A stretch of 60,617 bases of DNA, the filler included. It is 5 parts of 5 records of this genome, joined end to end, with 100 filler letters (N's around TTAATTAATTAA, not from the genome) between each part and the next. Parts side by side here need not be neighbours in the genome. Positions count along the whole stretch, not along the records: positions 22,812 to 45,086 come from DRR723986_7680; 4 more parts are not named here. The stretch is one strand, 5' to 3'. This document shows positions 27,457-38,503 of the stretch, in pieces. The notes below the pieces were generated by a model. The model was not told the origin of the DNA. It did no database searches and worked only from the letters and a program-made list of their open reading frames with translations. A program made the position numbers and the translations under genes. Each line of letters starts with the position of its first letter. Position 1 is the stretch's first letter.

Positions 27457-28557
27457 TCAGGATTGAAGAATCTGGTGCACGTCACGCGCGATGCGTTCGG
27501 CAGCACAGCCATCCCAGTAAGGCGGAATTTCAGTATTTGCAGGCGGGTCGGCAAAGGTCTCAGCGAGAGCTACACGCAGCGCATCGGCTTGCGGAGCTAC
27601 GAGACGATTCGTGCCTAAAGTCAGAGTTACCGGACGCTCGGTACTCGTGCGCATGGTAACACATGGCACTTTAAGGACTGTCGTTTCTTCCTGGATGCCG
27701 CCAGAATCTGTCAGCACGAGCGCGGCTTCGCGCATGAGCGCCAAAAATTTCACAGGACTTTGCGGCTCCAGAATGTGAAACCTGGAATGATTCGCGATCA
27801 TATTCAGCATGCCAAACTCAGCAATGCGCGCACGCGTGCGCGGATGCAGCGGCAGAACAACGTCACGTTCGTCAGCCGTGTCGCGCAGAAGTTGTAGCAA
27901 ACTGCGCAACTGCTCCGGATCATCAACATTGCTGGGCCGATGTAATGTCACCAGCATGTAGTTGCCGGCTTGCAGCCCGAGGTCGGAACGCAAGGTCGTT
28001 TTGCGCGCAGCTTCAAGGATGAAGTGCAGCGAATCGATCATTGTGTTGCCGCGGAAGAAAATTCGGTCGCGATTCCAGCCTTCGCGCAACAAATTATCAA
28101 GCCCGCTCTGCTCGGTCACAAAGGCATAATCGCAGATGGCATCAATGGCCAGGCGATTGAGTTCTTCGGGCATTTCGCGGTCACCACTGCGCAGGCCGGA
28201 CTCGATGTGTACAAGCGGGATATGCATTTTGCGCGCCGTCAGGCCGCAGGACAGACTGGAGTTGACGTCACCGACAACAATGACCAGATCCGGCTGCAGT
28301 TCCTTGACTACGGGCTCAAACGCCAGCATGACCCGTGCGGTGACTTCGGCGTGACTGCCCGAGCCAACGCCCAGGAAAACATCGGGACTCGGGAGCTGAT
28401 GTTCCTGGAAAAAGACGTCGGACATATTGACATCATAATGCTGTCCGGTATGGACGATCAGGTGCTGCATGTCGGCATACGCCTGCACGGCTCGATGAAT
28501 TGGCGCAACCTTCATAAAATTGGGTCGCGCACCAACCACGGAGAGCACTTTCTTCAT
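27457..28557 (-). CDS. wecB: UDP-N-acetylglucosamine 2-epimerase (non-hydrolysing)
   Basis: VGARPNFMK, HTGQHYD, VGDVNS, ESGLRS...MPEE, TLHRPSNVD, TDSGGIQEE, TERP. Confidence 0.93.
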   Translation of the reverse strand: MKKVLSVVGARPNFMKVAPIHRAVQAYADMQHLIVHTGQHYDVNMSDVFFQEHQLPSPDVFLGVGSGSHAEVTARVMLAFEPVVKELQPDLVIVVGDVNSSLSCGLTARKMHIPLVHIESGLRSGDREMPEELNRLAIDAICDYAFVTEQSGLDNLLREGWNRDRIFFRGNTMIDSLHFILEAARKTTLRSDLGLQAGNYMLVTLHRPSNVDDPEQLRSLLQLLRDTADERDVVLPLHPRTRARIAEFGMLNMIANHSRFHILEPQSPVKFLALMREAALVLTDSGGIQEETTVLKVPCVTMRTSTERPVTLTLGTNRLVAPQADALRVALAETFADPPANTEIPPYWDGCAAERIARDVHQILQS

Positions 28558-29954
28558 TTACCATCTCCAAGGAGGACAACGTTTTTACGGTTTTCCTCGG
28601 GCACATTACTACAAGCATTACGCGTGTCGATCACAACGCGGCTGTTAACCGCGATTGACTCATAGTCAAAACTTGAATGGTCTGTGGTTATGACACAGAC
28701 ATCGTAGGCTTGCAGCGTTTCGGCATCAATGGACTGGATGGAATGCATTGTGTGGTTTTCGATTTCCAGCGCCGGAATATGCGGATCGAAGTAATCAACA
28801 TTCGGAATGTCGTCAGCGAGCAAAAGTTCTATGACTTTAAGTGCCGGCGAGTGCCGCAGATCATCTACATCGCGTTTGAAGGCGACACCCAGCAGGAGAA
28901 TTCGCGCGCTTGAAGTCGTGACAGGCTGGCGGGCAATTTCACGCGTGATCATGTCACGCACATAAAACGGCATGGACTCATTGACTTCGGCGGCCAGGGT
29001 AATGAAGTTGGTCACGAAGTCGTCCTTGCGCGCCGCCCACGAGAGATAATATGGGTCGATCAGGATGCAGTGTCCGCCGATCCCCGGCCCTGGGTAGAAG
29101 GGCATAAAACCAAAAGGTTTAGTTTGAGCCGCATCGATAGCTTCCCAGAGATTTATGCCGCCCATGCGGTCACAAAGCTGCGCCAACTCATTAACGAGGG
29201 CGATATTAACACTGCGGAAAATGTTTTCGAGCAGCTTTGACATCTCAGCGACTTTGGGATTGGAGACGGTCACGACCTGTTCAATAATGAGGCCATTGAC
29301 AGCCGCTCCAAGTTCAGTACAGAGGTCAGTAACACCGCCAATGACAACTGGAGTGTTGCCGGTATGCCATTTTTTATTGCCTGGGTCAATACGCTCGGGC
29401 GAAAAGGCCAGGAAAAAGTCGCGTCCAACTTTGCGCTCTGCCGACTCCAGGAGTGGCATCACGTAACCTTCGGTGGTATCGGGAAAAGTTGTGCTTTTGA
29501 GGATTACTACCTGACCACCGCGCATGTGCTGCGCAATATTTTTTGTAGCGCTGATAATGTACTTGATGTCGGGATCTTTGTTTGCCGTAAATGGCGTCGG
29601 CACACAAATGTAAATCACATCACACTCAGCGCAGGCCGCATAGTCGGTGCCGGCTTTTAGTGTTCCGGCTTCTACCAATGAGCGCAGCAGATCAGAATCA
29701 ACGTCCTGAATGTAGTTATCGCCTCGCGTTATGGTGTCGGTTTTGGTCTTGTCAACATCGATACCGAGGACTGAAATACCCTTTTGAGCAAATTCAACGG
29801 CCAGAGGCAGCCCCACGTAACCCAGACCAACAATGCCGACAGTCAGGTTGGCACTTTCAATTTTTTTACGGAACTCGGCAGCATGCTCCCGGCCAACGAC
29901 ATTATCGTTTGAAGCCGATTTGTCTGCAGTTGCGGACTGATCTTGAACGCTCAT
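28554..29954 (-). CDS. UDP-N-acetylhexosamine dehydrogenase (WbpA/WecC-like)
   Basis: GLGYVGLP, ICVPTP, FSPERIDPGN, KLLENIFRSVNIALVNE, GPGIGGHC, DLRHSP. Confidence 0.92.
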   Translation of the reverse strand: MSVQDQSATADKSASNDNVVGREHAAEFRKKIESANLTVGIVGLGYVGLPLAVEFAQKGISVLGIDVDKTKTDTITRGDNYIQDVDSDLLRSLVEAGTLKAGTDYAACAECDVIYICVPTPFTANKDPDIKYIISATKNIAQHMRGGQVVILKSTTFPDTTEGYVMPLLESAERKVGRDFFLAFSPERIDPGNKKWHTGNTPVVIGGVTDLCTELGAAVNGLIIEQVVTVSNPKVAEMSKLLENIFRSVNIALVNELAQLCDRMGGINLWEAIDAAQTKPFGFMPFYPGPGIGGHCILIDPYYLSWAARKDDFVTNFITLAAEVNESMPFYVRDMITREIARQPVTTSSARILLLGVAFKRDVDDLRHSPALKVIELLLADDIPNVDYFDPHIPALEIENHTMHSIQSIDAETLQAYDVCVITTDHSSFDYESIAVNSRVVIDTRNACSNVPEENRKNVVLLGDGK

Positions 29955-29962
29955 ATATGTAT

Positions 29963-30973
29963 CTACAGTTTGTAGTGTTGCCGATAGTAATCGCGATATG
30001 CGCCTGATCTGACGTTGGCACACCAGTCGGCATTTGACTGATACCATTCGATCGTAGCACGCAGGCCATCCTCAAAGCTATGCCGGGCTTGCCAGCCAAT
30101 CTCGTTTTGCAAAGCTGCAGCATCGATGGCATAGCGGAAATCGTGCCCCGGCCGATCTTTGACAAAGCGAATTAAACGTTCCGATTTGCCTAAAATTTCA
30201 AGTATGGCGCGAACAACCTCAATATTTGAGCGTTCGCTTGCGGCTCCGATGTTATACACGCTACCCGCCTTAGCGTTGCAGAACACCTTCCAGATGGCGC
30301 TGCAATGATCGTCCACATGAATCCAGTCGCGCACATTCCGGCCATCACCATAGACCGGTAGTGGCTGGTCATCCAGCGCGTTGAGAACCATCAGAGGAAT
30401 CAATTTTTCAGGAAACTGCCAGGGACCGTAGTTGTTGGAGCAGCGCGTAATGACCGTGTCCATGCCATAGGTATGGTGGTAGGCCCGCACCATTAAGTCG
30501 GCAGAAGTTTTGGAAGCCGCATATGGTGAATTGGGCTGCAGCTGTGAGTCTTCGGTAAAAAAGCCGTCGGCACCGAGCGTGCCATAAACTTCATCTGTAG
30601 ATACCTGCAAAAAACGACGCAGCTCAATGGCACGTGCAAATTCCAGGAGAGCCAGGGTACCGGTGACGTTTGTGTCTACAAATACGGCGGGGCCGCTGAT
30701 GGAGCGATCCACATGCGTTTCCGCCGCAAAGTTCAGGATTCCATCGAAGTTATGCAGGTTCCCAAGGCGTTCAAGGGCAGACGCATCGCGGATGTCCCCC
30801 TGCACAAAGGTATAACGTTCGTTGGATTGAACATCCCGCAAATTTTCGAGGTTGCCGGCATAGGTGAGCGCGTCGTAATTAACGATTTCGGCCGACGTTG
30901 CCTTCAGCATCCATCGAATGAAGTTTGACCCTATGAATCCGGCGCCACCGCATATCAGAAGTTTTTGTGCCAT
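29963..30973 (-). CDS. rfbB: dTDP-glucose 4,6-dehydratase
   Basis: GGAGFIGSNF, LTYAGN, AAETHVDRSI, STDEVYG, PYAASK, DRPGHD; ATG at 30973. Confidence 0.95.
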   Translation of the reverse strand: MAQKLLICGGAGFIGSNFIRWMLKATSAEIVNYDALTYAGNLENLRDVQSNERYTFVQGDIRDASALERLGNLHNFDGILNFAAETHVDRSISGPAVFVDTNVTGTLALLEFARAIELRRFLQVSTDEVYGTLGADGFFTEDSQLQPNSPYAASKTSADLMVRAYHHTYGMDTVITRCSNNYGPWQFPEKLIPLMVLNALDDQPLPVYGDGRNVRDWIHVDDHCSAIWKVFCNAKAGSVYNIGAASERSNIEVVRAILEILGKSERLIRFVKDRPGHDFRYAIDAAALQNEIGWQARHSFEDGLRATIEWYQSNADWCANVRSGAYRDYYRQHYKL

Positions 30974-31063
30974 ATCAACGCAAAATGTCGGCTTGCGGCA
31001 GCCAGGTACGAATCCCGACCGCTTGCCTGTCAAGCCCTGGAACAGAGCCGTCCACAAAAAAAA

Positions 31064-32017
31064 TTACAAGCCAAAGTTGAGCGAGAAGCGATGGTGTTCT
31101 CCAGCCTGGCCAAACGAGGAGACTGCATAATCAAGCTGGAAGGAATCAAAAATGATTCCGAGTCCACCAGTAAATCCAGCCAGTTTTTTCTCTGTATCAG
31201 GACTAAGGTCCGACCGGCGCTGGTTGTCATATCCAACACGAACGTTGACGGCCTTTGAGAAGTAGAATTCGCCACCGAGCGCAAAGTTTTCAATGCGGTC
31301 AGTAAAACTTTCGACGTCATCCGCCAAACGATGGAAGGAGAGGTTCAGCAATAGAGGCAGGCCGCGCAATCGGTGATTAATGCCAAGGCGGACGTCAACC
31401 GGAAGATCCTCAGATATGCCACTCAATGAAGAAATCTGTGTACCCGCATGCAGAATCGCCAGGCCAATATTGACGCGGGACTCCGGAATGACGTAGAGCA
31501 GACCGGCATCAAAGGCAATCGCTTGTGAACTTTCTTCTTCCAGTGAGTTGGCAATCAGTTTGACACCCACTCCATAGTAAAAGTTCGAATCGATCTCATT
31601 CGAATACACGCCACTCAGCGCAAGATCAAACGCGCCAAACGTGCCCGTCACCTGACCATTGCGGTCGGCCTTATCAAAACTGCCGTAGTTGACGTAGTTG
31701 GCACTGACGGCAAATCGGCCACTATCTCCAACGCCGGACAAATCATTGGCGTACGTAATGACGCCGGAGTTAATGTCAAGGACGTGCTTGAGAAAAGTAA
31801 CCGAGACCTGCGCGCTATCGACAGTGGATAATGAGGCCGGGTTGTACGACACAATTTGCGGGTCGCTTGTTAGGGCAACAGCGGCTCCGGCCAGGCCGGC
31901 GGCACGCGCACCTGCGTCATTGCGTAAAAATGAATACAAAGCCCGTGGTTGGGCAGCCAGCTGCGCCGTACATAAAACAAACGCTGCTATCAGGATGGAA
32001 ACTTTGGAAATATTCAT
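31064..32017 (-). CDS. T9SS PorQ/PorV-family outer membrane beta-barrel
   Basis: Signal peptide, YSFLR...GARAAGLAGA, YNPASL, YVNYGSF, AFDAGL, LDYA, HRFSL. Confidence 0.75.
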   Translation of the reverse strand: MNISKVSILIAAFVLCTAQLAAQPRALYSFLRNDAGARAAGLAGAAVALTSDPQIVSYNPASLSTVDSAQVSVTFLKHVLDINSGVITYANDLSGVGDSGRFAVSANYVNYGSFDKADRNGQVTGTFGAFDLALSGVYSNEIDSNFYYGVGVKLIANSLEEESSQAIAFDAGLLYVIPESRVNIGLAILHAGTQISSLSGISEDLPVDVRLGINHRLRGLPLLLNLSFHRLADDVESFTDRIENFALGGEFYFSKAVNVRVGYDNQRRSDLSPDTEKKLAGFTGGLGIIFDSFQLDYAVSSFGQAGEHHRFSLNFGL

Positions 32018-32069
32018 AGTGCAAACTTACAATGACATTACACGCTTCAAAAGGGCAAAAAACGGTTGC

Positions 32070-32489
32070 CTATTCTAGGTCGTGTTTTCGCATCATGTCC
32101 AAAAAGAAACCCGGAGGTCTGGAAGGGCGCATGGTTTCTGAATGCGCGAAGATATGTCGCGTATAACCATCAGCAATCAGGTCTTCGCCGCGGCGAAGAA
32201 CATATGCGAGTTGCATGCGCGCACCCTCAAAATTTTCTAAGCTCGTCGTGAGCGCAAGCATATCGTCGTAGCGCGCCGCCGCCCTGTAATTTACATGCGC
32301 ATCAAGCAGCGGCAGGACGTAACCACGCCGCTCAATTTCTGAGTACGCCAGTCCCATTGCGCGCAGCAATGAAGTCCGTCCGACTTCAAAATAGGTTAGA
32401 TAGTTAGCGTTGTAGACGATCCCCATTTTATCGGTCTCGGCGTAACGCACGCGGATTTTGGCGGTATGTGTCAGCGGATTTTTTGGCAT
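32070..32489 (-). CDS. Acyl-CoA thioesterase, YbgC/FadM family
   Basis: RVRYAETDKMGIVYNANYLTYFEVGR hotdog-fold motif. Confidence 0.9.
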   Translation of the reverse strand: MPKNPLTHTAKIRVRYAETDKMGIVYNANYLTYFEVGRTSLLRAMGLAYSEIERRGYVLPLLDAHVNYRAAARYDDMLALTTSLENFEGARMQLAYVLRRGEDLIADGYTRHIFAHSETMRPSRPPGFFLDMMRKHDLE

Positions 32490-32537
32490 TATTTAGCGCC
32501 ATGAGGACTAACCGGCCAGGCTGGAATTTGCCGGCGG

Positions 32538-33521
32538 TCAATAGTCGTCGGACTCAATTTTTGCAAACAAGTCCAGCAAGCTGTCGAGCTGTTCAGGTGA
32601 ATAGTAGTCGATTTCGATCGCACCACCACCTTTTGCCTTAGGTTTAACACGAACCTGCGTCGCAAGTAACTGGCGCAGGTTGGATTCAATGTCTTTAAGT
32701 GTGTTTGAGAGTTCTGGGTCGATGTCCGTAGCCGCCGGTTTAGGCGGCACTTCAACCTTGTCTTTCCTGGGGCTGTCGAGGCTGACATCAACTGGACGCC
32801 CACTTTCTACCAGGCGGACAAGCTCTTCGGTTTTGCGCACCGAAAGGCCGTCGGCCAGGACACGGCGGTAGACGTCGGCCTGTTTGGCAGCTTCGGAGAG
32901 ACCAAGGAGCGTACGGGCCTGGCCCATGGATAGCAGTTTTTTGCGCAGACCATTAAGGATTTCCGGTTCCAGTTTAAGCAAGCGCAGGAAATTGGTGATG
33001 GTACTGCGTTCTTTGCCAACTTTCTGGGCGACTTCTTCCTGCGTCAGGCCGCACTCGTCGATTAGACGTTGGTAGCCCATCGCGACTTCAACGGGGTTGA
33101 GATGTTCGCGCTGAACGTTTTCAATAATCGCCAGTTCCAGCATTTCGGCATCGGTGTTGATGTCGAGAATGTAGGCTGGAATCGTTTCAAAGTTGTTTTC
33201 CTTGCAGGCGCGGTAGCGGCGTTCGCCGGCAATGATTTCATAACCATCCGCCACGCGTCGCACGGTTATGGGCTGGATGACACCTTTTTCTTTGATCGAG
33301 TTTTTGAGGTCTTCAAGCGCTTCGGGCTCAAAGTCTACTCGGGGCTGCAAGGGGTTGGGTCGCACTTTTTCCAGTGCAATCAGAGCGATGACACCAGTGC
33401 TTTTGCCATCGTCTTTGGCAACGGCATTGAGGGCCCCACCGGGATCTTCAAGAACATTGGACGGTAGGAGTGCGTCCAGGCCTTTGCCCAGACCAATCGC
33501 CGATTTACTTCGCTTCGCCAT
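32538..33521 (-). CDS. parB: Chromosome partitioning protein ParB
   Basis: GLGKGLDALL, PNPLQPR, IAGERRYRA, ENVQRE, HTH, IEIDY. Confidence 0.96.
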   Translation of the reverse strand: MAKRSKSAIGLGKGLDALLPSNVLEDPGGALNAVAKDDGKSTGVIALIALEKVRPNPLQPRVDFEPEALEDLKNSIKEKGVIQPITVRRVADGYEIIAGERRYRACKENNFETIPAYILDINTDAEMLELAIIENVQREHLNPVEVAMGYQRLIDECGLTQEEVAQKVGKERSTITNFLRLLKLEPEILNGLRKKLLSMGQARTLLGLSEAAKQADVYRRVLADGLSVRKTEELVRLVESGRPVDVSLDSPRKDKVEVPPKPAATDIDPELSNTLKDIESNLRQLLATQVRVKPKAKGGGAIEIDYYSPEQLDSLLDLFAKIESDDY

Positions 33522-33648
33522 AATTCACTACTCTTCTGAACGTATCGGGTTCTGCAGCTGATCAGGAACTGGCTAACGTGCCTTGATCACATTGACAATT
33601 CTTCCGGGCTAGCTTAGAGCGCTTATCACATGCCATTTTCTGGGCTCA

Positions 33649-34446
33649 TTACGGGGCTTGATTTTCTTGGTTGTCCTGGGCGTCACGCTCCAGAATTTCC
33701 TTGGCAAGCGCCAAATAATTGCGTGCGCCCGCTGAGACGGCATCGTAAAGAATCACGGGTTTGCCGAAGCTAGGCGCCTCGGACAAGCGCACATTCCGCG
33801 TGATAATCGTTTTGCAAACTTTATCGCCCAAATGTCGGCGCACTTCATCCACTACCTGATTGCTCAGACGCAACCTGGAGTCAAACATGGTCAGCAGAAT
33901 ACCTTCAATTTCCAGCTGCGGATTGAGGTGTTTGCGCACGATTGAGATTGTGTTGAGCAGCTGCCCAAGACCTTCAAGCGCATAGTACTCACACTGGACC
34001 GGCACCAGAATCGAATCTGCGGCAGTCAACGCGTTAATGGTCAACAGTCCCAGGCTGGGCGGGCAGTCAATAATTATATAGTCAAAGACTTTGCGCGCTT
34101 CGAGCAGGCGCTCACGCAAAATTTTCTCGCGGTTGCGCAGGTCCACGATTTCAATTTCGGCACCAACAAGGTTAATGTGTGACGGCACGAGTTTGAGGTG
34201 CGGCATTTCCGTTTCAACGGTTGCATCGGCAATCGAGACGGAGTTAACGAGAACTTCGTAAATCGTTTTGTCCAATCCGCGAGGATCGACACCAACGCCA
34301 TTGCTGGCGTTTGCCTGCGGATCGGTGTCGATCAACAGTGTCGGTCGTTCAGCAGCGGCCAGCGAAGCCGCCAGATTGACGGCGGTCGTGGTTTTGCCCA
34401 CGCCGCCTTTTTGATTTGCTATCGCTATGACTTTTCCCATAGACAT
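33649..34446 (-). CDS. parA: Chromosome partitioning ATPase ParA/Soj
   Basis: [48 protein letters not shown]. Confidence 0.96.
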   Translation of the reverse strand: MSMGKVIAIANQKGGVGKTTTAVNLAASLAAAERPTLLIDTDPQANASNGVGVDPRGLDKTIYEVLVNSVSIADATVETEMPHLKLVPSHINLVGAEIEIVDLRNREKILRERLLEARKVFDYIIIDCPPSLGLLTINALTAADSILVPVQCEYYALEGLGQLLNTISIVRKHLNPQLEIEGILLTMFDSRLRLSNQVVDEVRRHLGDKVCKTIITRNVRLSEAPSFGKPVILYDAVSAGARNYLALAKEILERDAQDNQENQAP

Positions 34447-35018
34447 CAACGGCTCTCGCCCCGGAAAGCTGTTCCGGTATTGTGGTATCTGCGAAAATAA
34501 TACAAAGTAGTCAGCACCAGAGTGTGCCGGATTTCACCTGAATCTACATATTCATCCAGTTTGTCCAGCGGAACTTCGACGACTTCAATGTCTTCATGCT
34601 GGTCAAACGATTGGGGCCCTACGTGCTCACAATCCAGCCAGAGAAATGAGTACGTTTTGTTATTCATAATGGCAGGATTCGGCTGGCAGGTTCCCAGTAG
34701 TATGGCTTCGCCCGCAGCCCGATACCCCGTTTCTTCCTGACATTCACGCTCGGCCGCTACGCGCGGATCTTCACCTGGATCAACCAGACCGCCAGGTAAT
34801 TCCAGTGTAATCGTATCACTGCCATGGCGATACTGACGCACAAGAATGACTGTCTTGTCAGGTGTAAGAGGAATGATATTTACCCAATCCGGTGAATCAA
34901 GTACAAAAAAATTGCCGCTTTGGTTTTTTGTGGGGTTCTCTCTTGCGATTGAATCCACTGAAAAAACACGACAGTCCAGCACGTGTTCACGCTTATGAGT
35001 CAGCCAGGGTTTGATCAT
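34446..35018 (-). CDS. NUDIX hydrolase (ADP-ribose pyrophosphatase-like)
   Basis: [33 protein letters not shown] Nudix box; ATG at 35018; stop overlaps the parA start. Confidence 0.9.
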   Translation of the reverse strand: MIKPWLTHKREHVLDCRVFSVDSIARENPTKNQSGNFFVLDSPDWVNIIPLTPDKTVILVRQYRHGSDTITLELPGGLVDPGEDPRVAAERECQEETGYRAAGEAILLGTCQPNPAIMNNKTYSFLWLDCEHVGPQSFDQHEDIEVVEVPLDKLDEYVDSGEIRHTLVLTTLYYFRRYHNTGTAFRGESR

Positions 35019-35281
35019 AAAAGTCCGAATTCCGCCTAGGATGTAGCCGCGCAATTTACGGGTTTTAACTCGCCCTGCAAACTGGTGTTTTCCCCACTGG
35101 ACAAACAGGCACTTCACCCTGAATGATTGAATATTAAAGAATCGGCGCATTCGGAGCTTGCTGCCTATGTGTTTTTTTACTAGCATTGTTGAGAAGTCTA
35201 TCGCAATTGCCGCAAGGCACCAGCCTTAAAGGCTTCGTCCGGCCATAGTCTCACTCCTCAAAACAGAAAAGTTCTTTACGT

Positions 35282-38263
35282 ATGCAATCCTTCAATACAT
35301 CCTCTGAATTGAGTCGTTCCCTGGCTATTGTTTTTGCAGCAATTTTCTTACTGGCACCCTTTGCTCACGCACAGGTCCTGTTGGACCCAGTTGAGGTTGG
35401 ACCGGTACAACCACTCGTTGAAGTACCCTGGCAATCATTGTTTGGTGCCGCCGAGCCGATCACCGAGCGGGTTGGTGTCAGCGGTGATGATTTTGTGGTT
35501 GGTGACGATAATGTCTTGCGAATTTTTGGTACGAGTCTGTTCGGCGAAGCGGTGTTTGTTGACAGCCTGCGTGCGATTGCGATTGCCCAACATCTGTCCG
35601 CACTGGGGTTCAACAGCGTTAGAATTACGGGGCATGATTTCACCTGGAACCCCGCATTGTCAATTTTCAAACCGATTGAAGAAAGCCAGATGACTGAGCT
35701 CGATGAAGCCAGCATGCGCCGCTTAGATTGGTTATTCTATCAATTGAAGCAGCACGGAATTTATGTACACCTGCCGCTGCACCAACAGCGCCAGGCCTTT
35801 CCAGAAGACGGAGTGGACGGCTGGTTGCAGCAGCCGGGCCAGCTGCGCGTAGCCAAATTCATCGATCCGCAAATTGAAGAACTCGATAAACGCGTAGCAC
35901 GCGCCATCCTGGAACACGTCAACCCTTTTACAGAAATGGCATATAAAGATGATCCAGGTTTGGGTTGGGTTGACGTCACCGAAGATAAGTCTTTGTTCAA
36001 CTTCTGGTCCGCCGGATTTCTGAGCAACCCTGATATCATTGGTGAATACTACGTTACGATGATGCAGACGCGTTGGCAGGAATACCTTAAAGAAAAATAT
36101 GCTAACGATGCTGAGCTGAACAGCGCCTGGTCTCAGACGGCAACTTCGAATGAAAATCTGGTGAGCGGCGCCGACTTTGAAGACCCGTTTGCCGTAGAAT
36201 GGCAGCTTTTTAACGTCGAAGGTTCACAAGTCGTTGCCGACGCATTTTCCAACGACGCAGCCAGTGGTGAATATGCGATGCGCCTGCGCGTAAATTCAGG
36301 TGGGGCTCAGTTGGGCGATGTCCAACTGCGCAACACCAGCGCCCCGCTCATAAAAAATCAGAAATACCTGATGCGCTTCTTTGCCAAGTCCGAGCCGGCC
36401 GGCAAACAAATTGCCGCCCACCTGATGAATCCAGCTGCGCCTTTCCAGCATTATGGCGTCAATGTAGTGCCATTCACGCTTACGGATGAATGGACCGAGT
36501 ATACGCTGGAGTTCCGTGCAAATGACGATAATGATTTAGGCGCCCTTCTGATCTTCTTTGCCGGCGGAAGTGATGCCGACCTGCTGATTGATGATGTAAG
36601 CATCAACATGATTTCCGAAGCTGGTTTAGCCGAAGGTGAGTCGCTCGATGGATTCATAGCGCAAACGACTGCAGACCAAATTACCTTGGCACCGCTTGCG
36701 CGCGCACGCGAATACATCCAGTTCCTGAGCCAGCTGATGAAAGGCCATTACGATCGCATGCGTGAATTTGTGCAGCAAGATATTGGCTCGGATGTTCTGG
36801 TGGGGTCCCCAACAATCCCCACTTTTGCCAATGACATTTATGCGCAATCGGATCTGGATTACACAGCCATGGCCAACGGCTGGGACTTCATCCGCCAAAC
36901 TGGTGATGGAGGCTGGACGATTCAGAATCTGAGTTCTATTGATGTGCCCTGGGGTGGCCTGGCGGCACTCTGTGCCCGTGGTGCCATGATTGACAAGCCA
37001 AACGTCATCTCGCGCATGTTGATGCCGTACCCGAGTGCACATCAGCATGAAATGGCTTCGGTCTGGCCGGCATACGCCGCATATCAGGATTGGGACGCCT
37101 ACTATGTTTCGAGCTTTGCCAGTTCGCTTGCTTCGATTTCGGGAGATATCATCCCGCAAGGCGATTATTACAGTTTTGGTGCGCTGCCGCATGTGACTGC
37201 GATGATACCGGCAGCTGCAGCTGCATTCCGCCGTGGAATGATTGCAGAGGCCAGAGAGACCATTGCGATTCAACAGACAGAGGAAGCACTGTACTACACC
37301 CCGCTTCAAACTGGTGTCTATTGGCTGGAGTCTCTGAATGACGCACGTCTGCCGCTCTTCCGCCGCGTCGGAATTGAACGCTTTGATGCTGACTTCCAGA
37401 CCAGGTCGCCACAAACTGACATCTTTGAACTGTCAAACGGAGACGTCAACACGTCTGATATGCGCAGCGATACCGATGAGATAGTTTGGAACGCCGATGA
37501 CAGTTACCTGACCGTTAATACGGCAATGTATAAGTCAGTGGCAGGCAGGTTTGGCGGCGAGTTGATTGAACAGGACGAATGGTCAGTTCTGCGCCTGGAT
37601 GAAGGCACCGCAGGTGCTGTGACATTGATTAGCATGGACGAAGATGCTGAGATCAAGGATGCCGAAAAACTTTTCCTGACTATTGCGACGCGGGCACTCA
37701 ACCGCGGCGCGGTTTGGAATGCCGAAAACACAAGCATTCAGGCCGGCTGGGGTGAAGGTCCAATTGAGATGGAGCCAATGCGTGTTGAGTTGGTTCTGGA
37801 AAGCGAACGCGACTCAATGTTGATTGTGCCGCTCAACCAGGCGGGCATGCCGCTTGAAGGTGTGGAGCCAATTACCCTGACAAATACCGGCGGCTTTTTC
37901 CGCTGGACGGCCGATCAGTCAGAAACGGCAGCATTCTGGTATACTATTGAATTGCGCGACGAAGTGGTTTCCACAGATGTTACGCGCAGTGTGACTTCAA
38001 AAAATGCGCCTGGAATTGAGTTGATGTCTGAGCACCCGGCGACGGGCATTGCGATGCTGAAACTCGAAATTCCTCAGAATGGCAGTTATGAGTTTCAGGT
38101 GCTCACGATGCAGGGAGCGCGGCAGGCAGCATTTAGCGGTCAGTCCAGCAGCGGCAGTGTGATCAAACGACTGGATACACGCAGTATGGCTCCCGGCGTC
38201 TACGTCCTGCAGTTGAGCACGCCATCTGGTATAGCCACTGAATCGATAGTCGTGCATCGCTAA
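35282..38263 (+). CDS. Secreted clan GH-A (GH5-like) protein with inserted CBM4/9-like domain and T9SS-type CTD, paralog 1
   Basis: Signal peptide, GFNSVR, LKQHGIYVHL, HVNPFTEMAYKDDP, CBM (DFE...LTDEWTEY...IDDVSI), YAAYQDWD, CTD (MAPGVYVLQL). Confidence 0.75.
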   Translation: MQSFNTSSELSRSLAIVFAAIFLLAPFAHAQVLLDPVEVGPVQPLVEVPWQSLFGAAEPITERVGVSGDDFVVGDDNVLRIFGTSLFGEAVFVDSLRAIAIAQHLSALGFNSVRITGHDFTWNPALSIFKPIEESQMTELDEASMRRLDWLFYQLKQHGIYVHLPLHQQRQAFPEDGVDGWLQQPGQLRVAKFIDPQIEELDKRVARAILEHVNPFTEMAYKDDPGLGWVDVTEDKSLFNFWSAGFLSNPDIIGEYYVTMMQTRWQEYLKEKYANDAELNSAWSQTATSNENLVSGADFEDPFAVEWQLFNVEGSQVVADAFSNDAASGEYAMRLRVNSGGAQLGDVQLRNTSAPLIKNQKYLMRFFAKSEPAGKQIAAHLMNPAAPFQHYGVNVVPFTLTDEWTEYTLEFRANDDNDLGALLIFFAGGSDADLLIDDVSINMISEAGLAEGESLDGFIAQTTADQITLAPLARAREYIQFLSQLMKGHYDRMREFVQQDIGSDVLVGSPTIPTFANDIYAQSDLDYTAMANGWDFIRQTGDGGWTIQNLSSIDVPWGGLAALCARGAMIDKPNVISRMLMPYPSAHQHEMASVWPAYAAYQDWDAYYVSSFASSLASISGDIIPQGDYYSFGALPHVTAMIPAAAAAFRRGMIAEARETIAIQQTEEALYYTPLQTGVYWLESLNDARLPLFRRVGIERFDADFQTRSPQTDIFELSNGDVNTSDMRSDTDEIVWNADDSYLTVNTAMYKSVAGRFGGELIEQDEWSVLRLDEGTAGAVTLISMDEDAEIKDAEKLFLTIATRALNRGAVWNAENTSIQAGWGEGPIEMEPMRVELVLESERDSMLIVPLNQAGMPLEGVEPITLTNTGGFFRWTADQSETAAFWYTIELRDEVVSTDVTRSVTSKNAPGIELMSEHPATGIAMLKLEIPQNGSYEFQVLTMQGARQAAFSGQSSSGSVIKRLDTRSMAPGVYVLQLSTPSGIATESIVVHR

Positions 38264-38285
38264 AAAACGTCCGACGAAGCCGTAG

Positions 38286-38320
38286 GGCAGCGCCAAATGC
38301 CATTGGTGAGCGGCGCTGCC
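38286..38320. terminator. Inverted repeat after paralog 1
   Basis: GGCAGCGCC ... GGCGCTGCC stem with a 17-nt loop; no clear U tail. Confidence 0.4.
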
Positions 38321-38503
38321 TAAAAGTCTGTGCGGCTGTAAAACTTGTAGCAAATCGGTCACTGGAGGCCATTTTGGACCGAAAGCGGTACCTGATGGCC
38401 GCTACGCAAATTGCCTTGTGTCCTATTTTTTGCTAGACTTCTGGATGCCGTGTACCCCGGCAGTCGTTCTTCCTGAATTTGATTATCGCTTCGGAGCTTC
38501 CTG

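Noticed and set aside
8997-33583. Identical 13-mer GGCTAACGTGCCT at 8997 and 33571
   Set aside because: 13-bp matches are expected by chance at this window size, and the flanks do not align.
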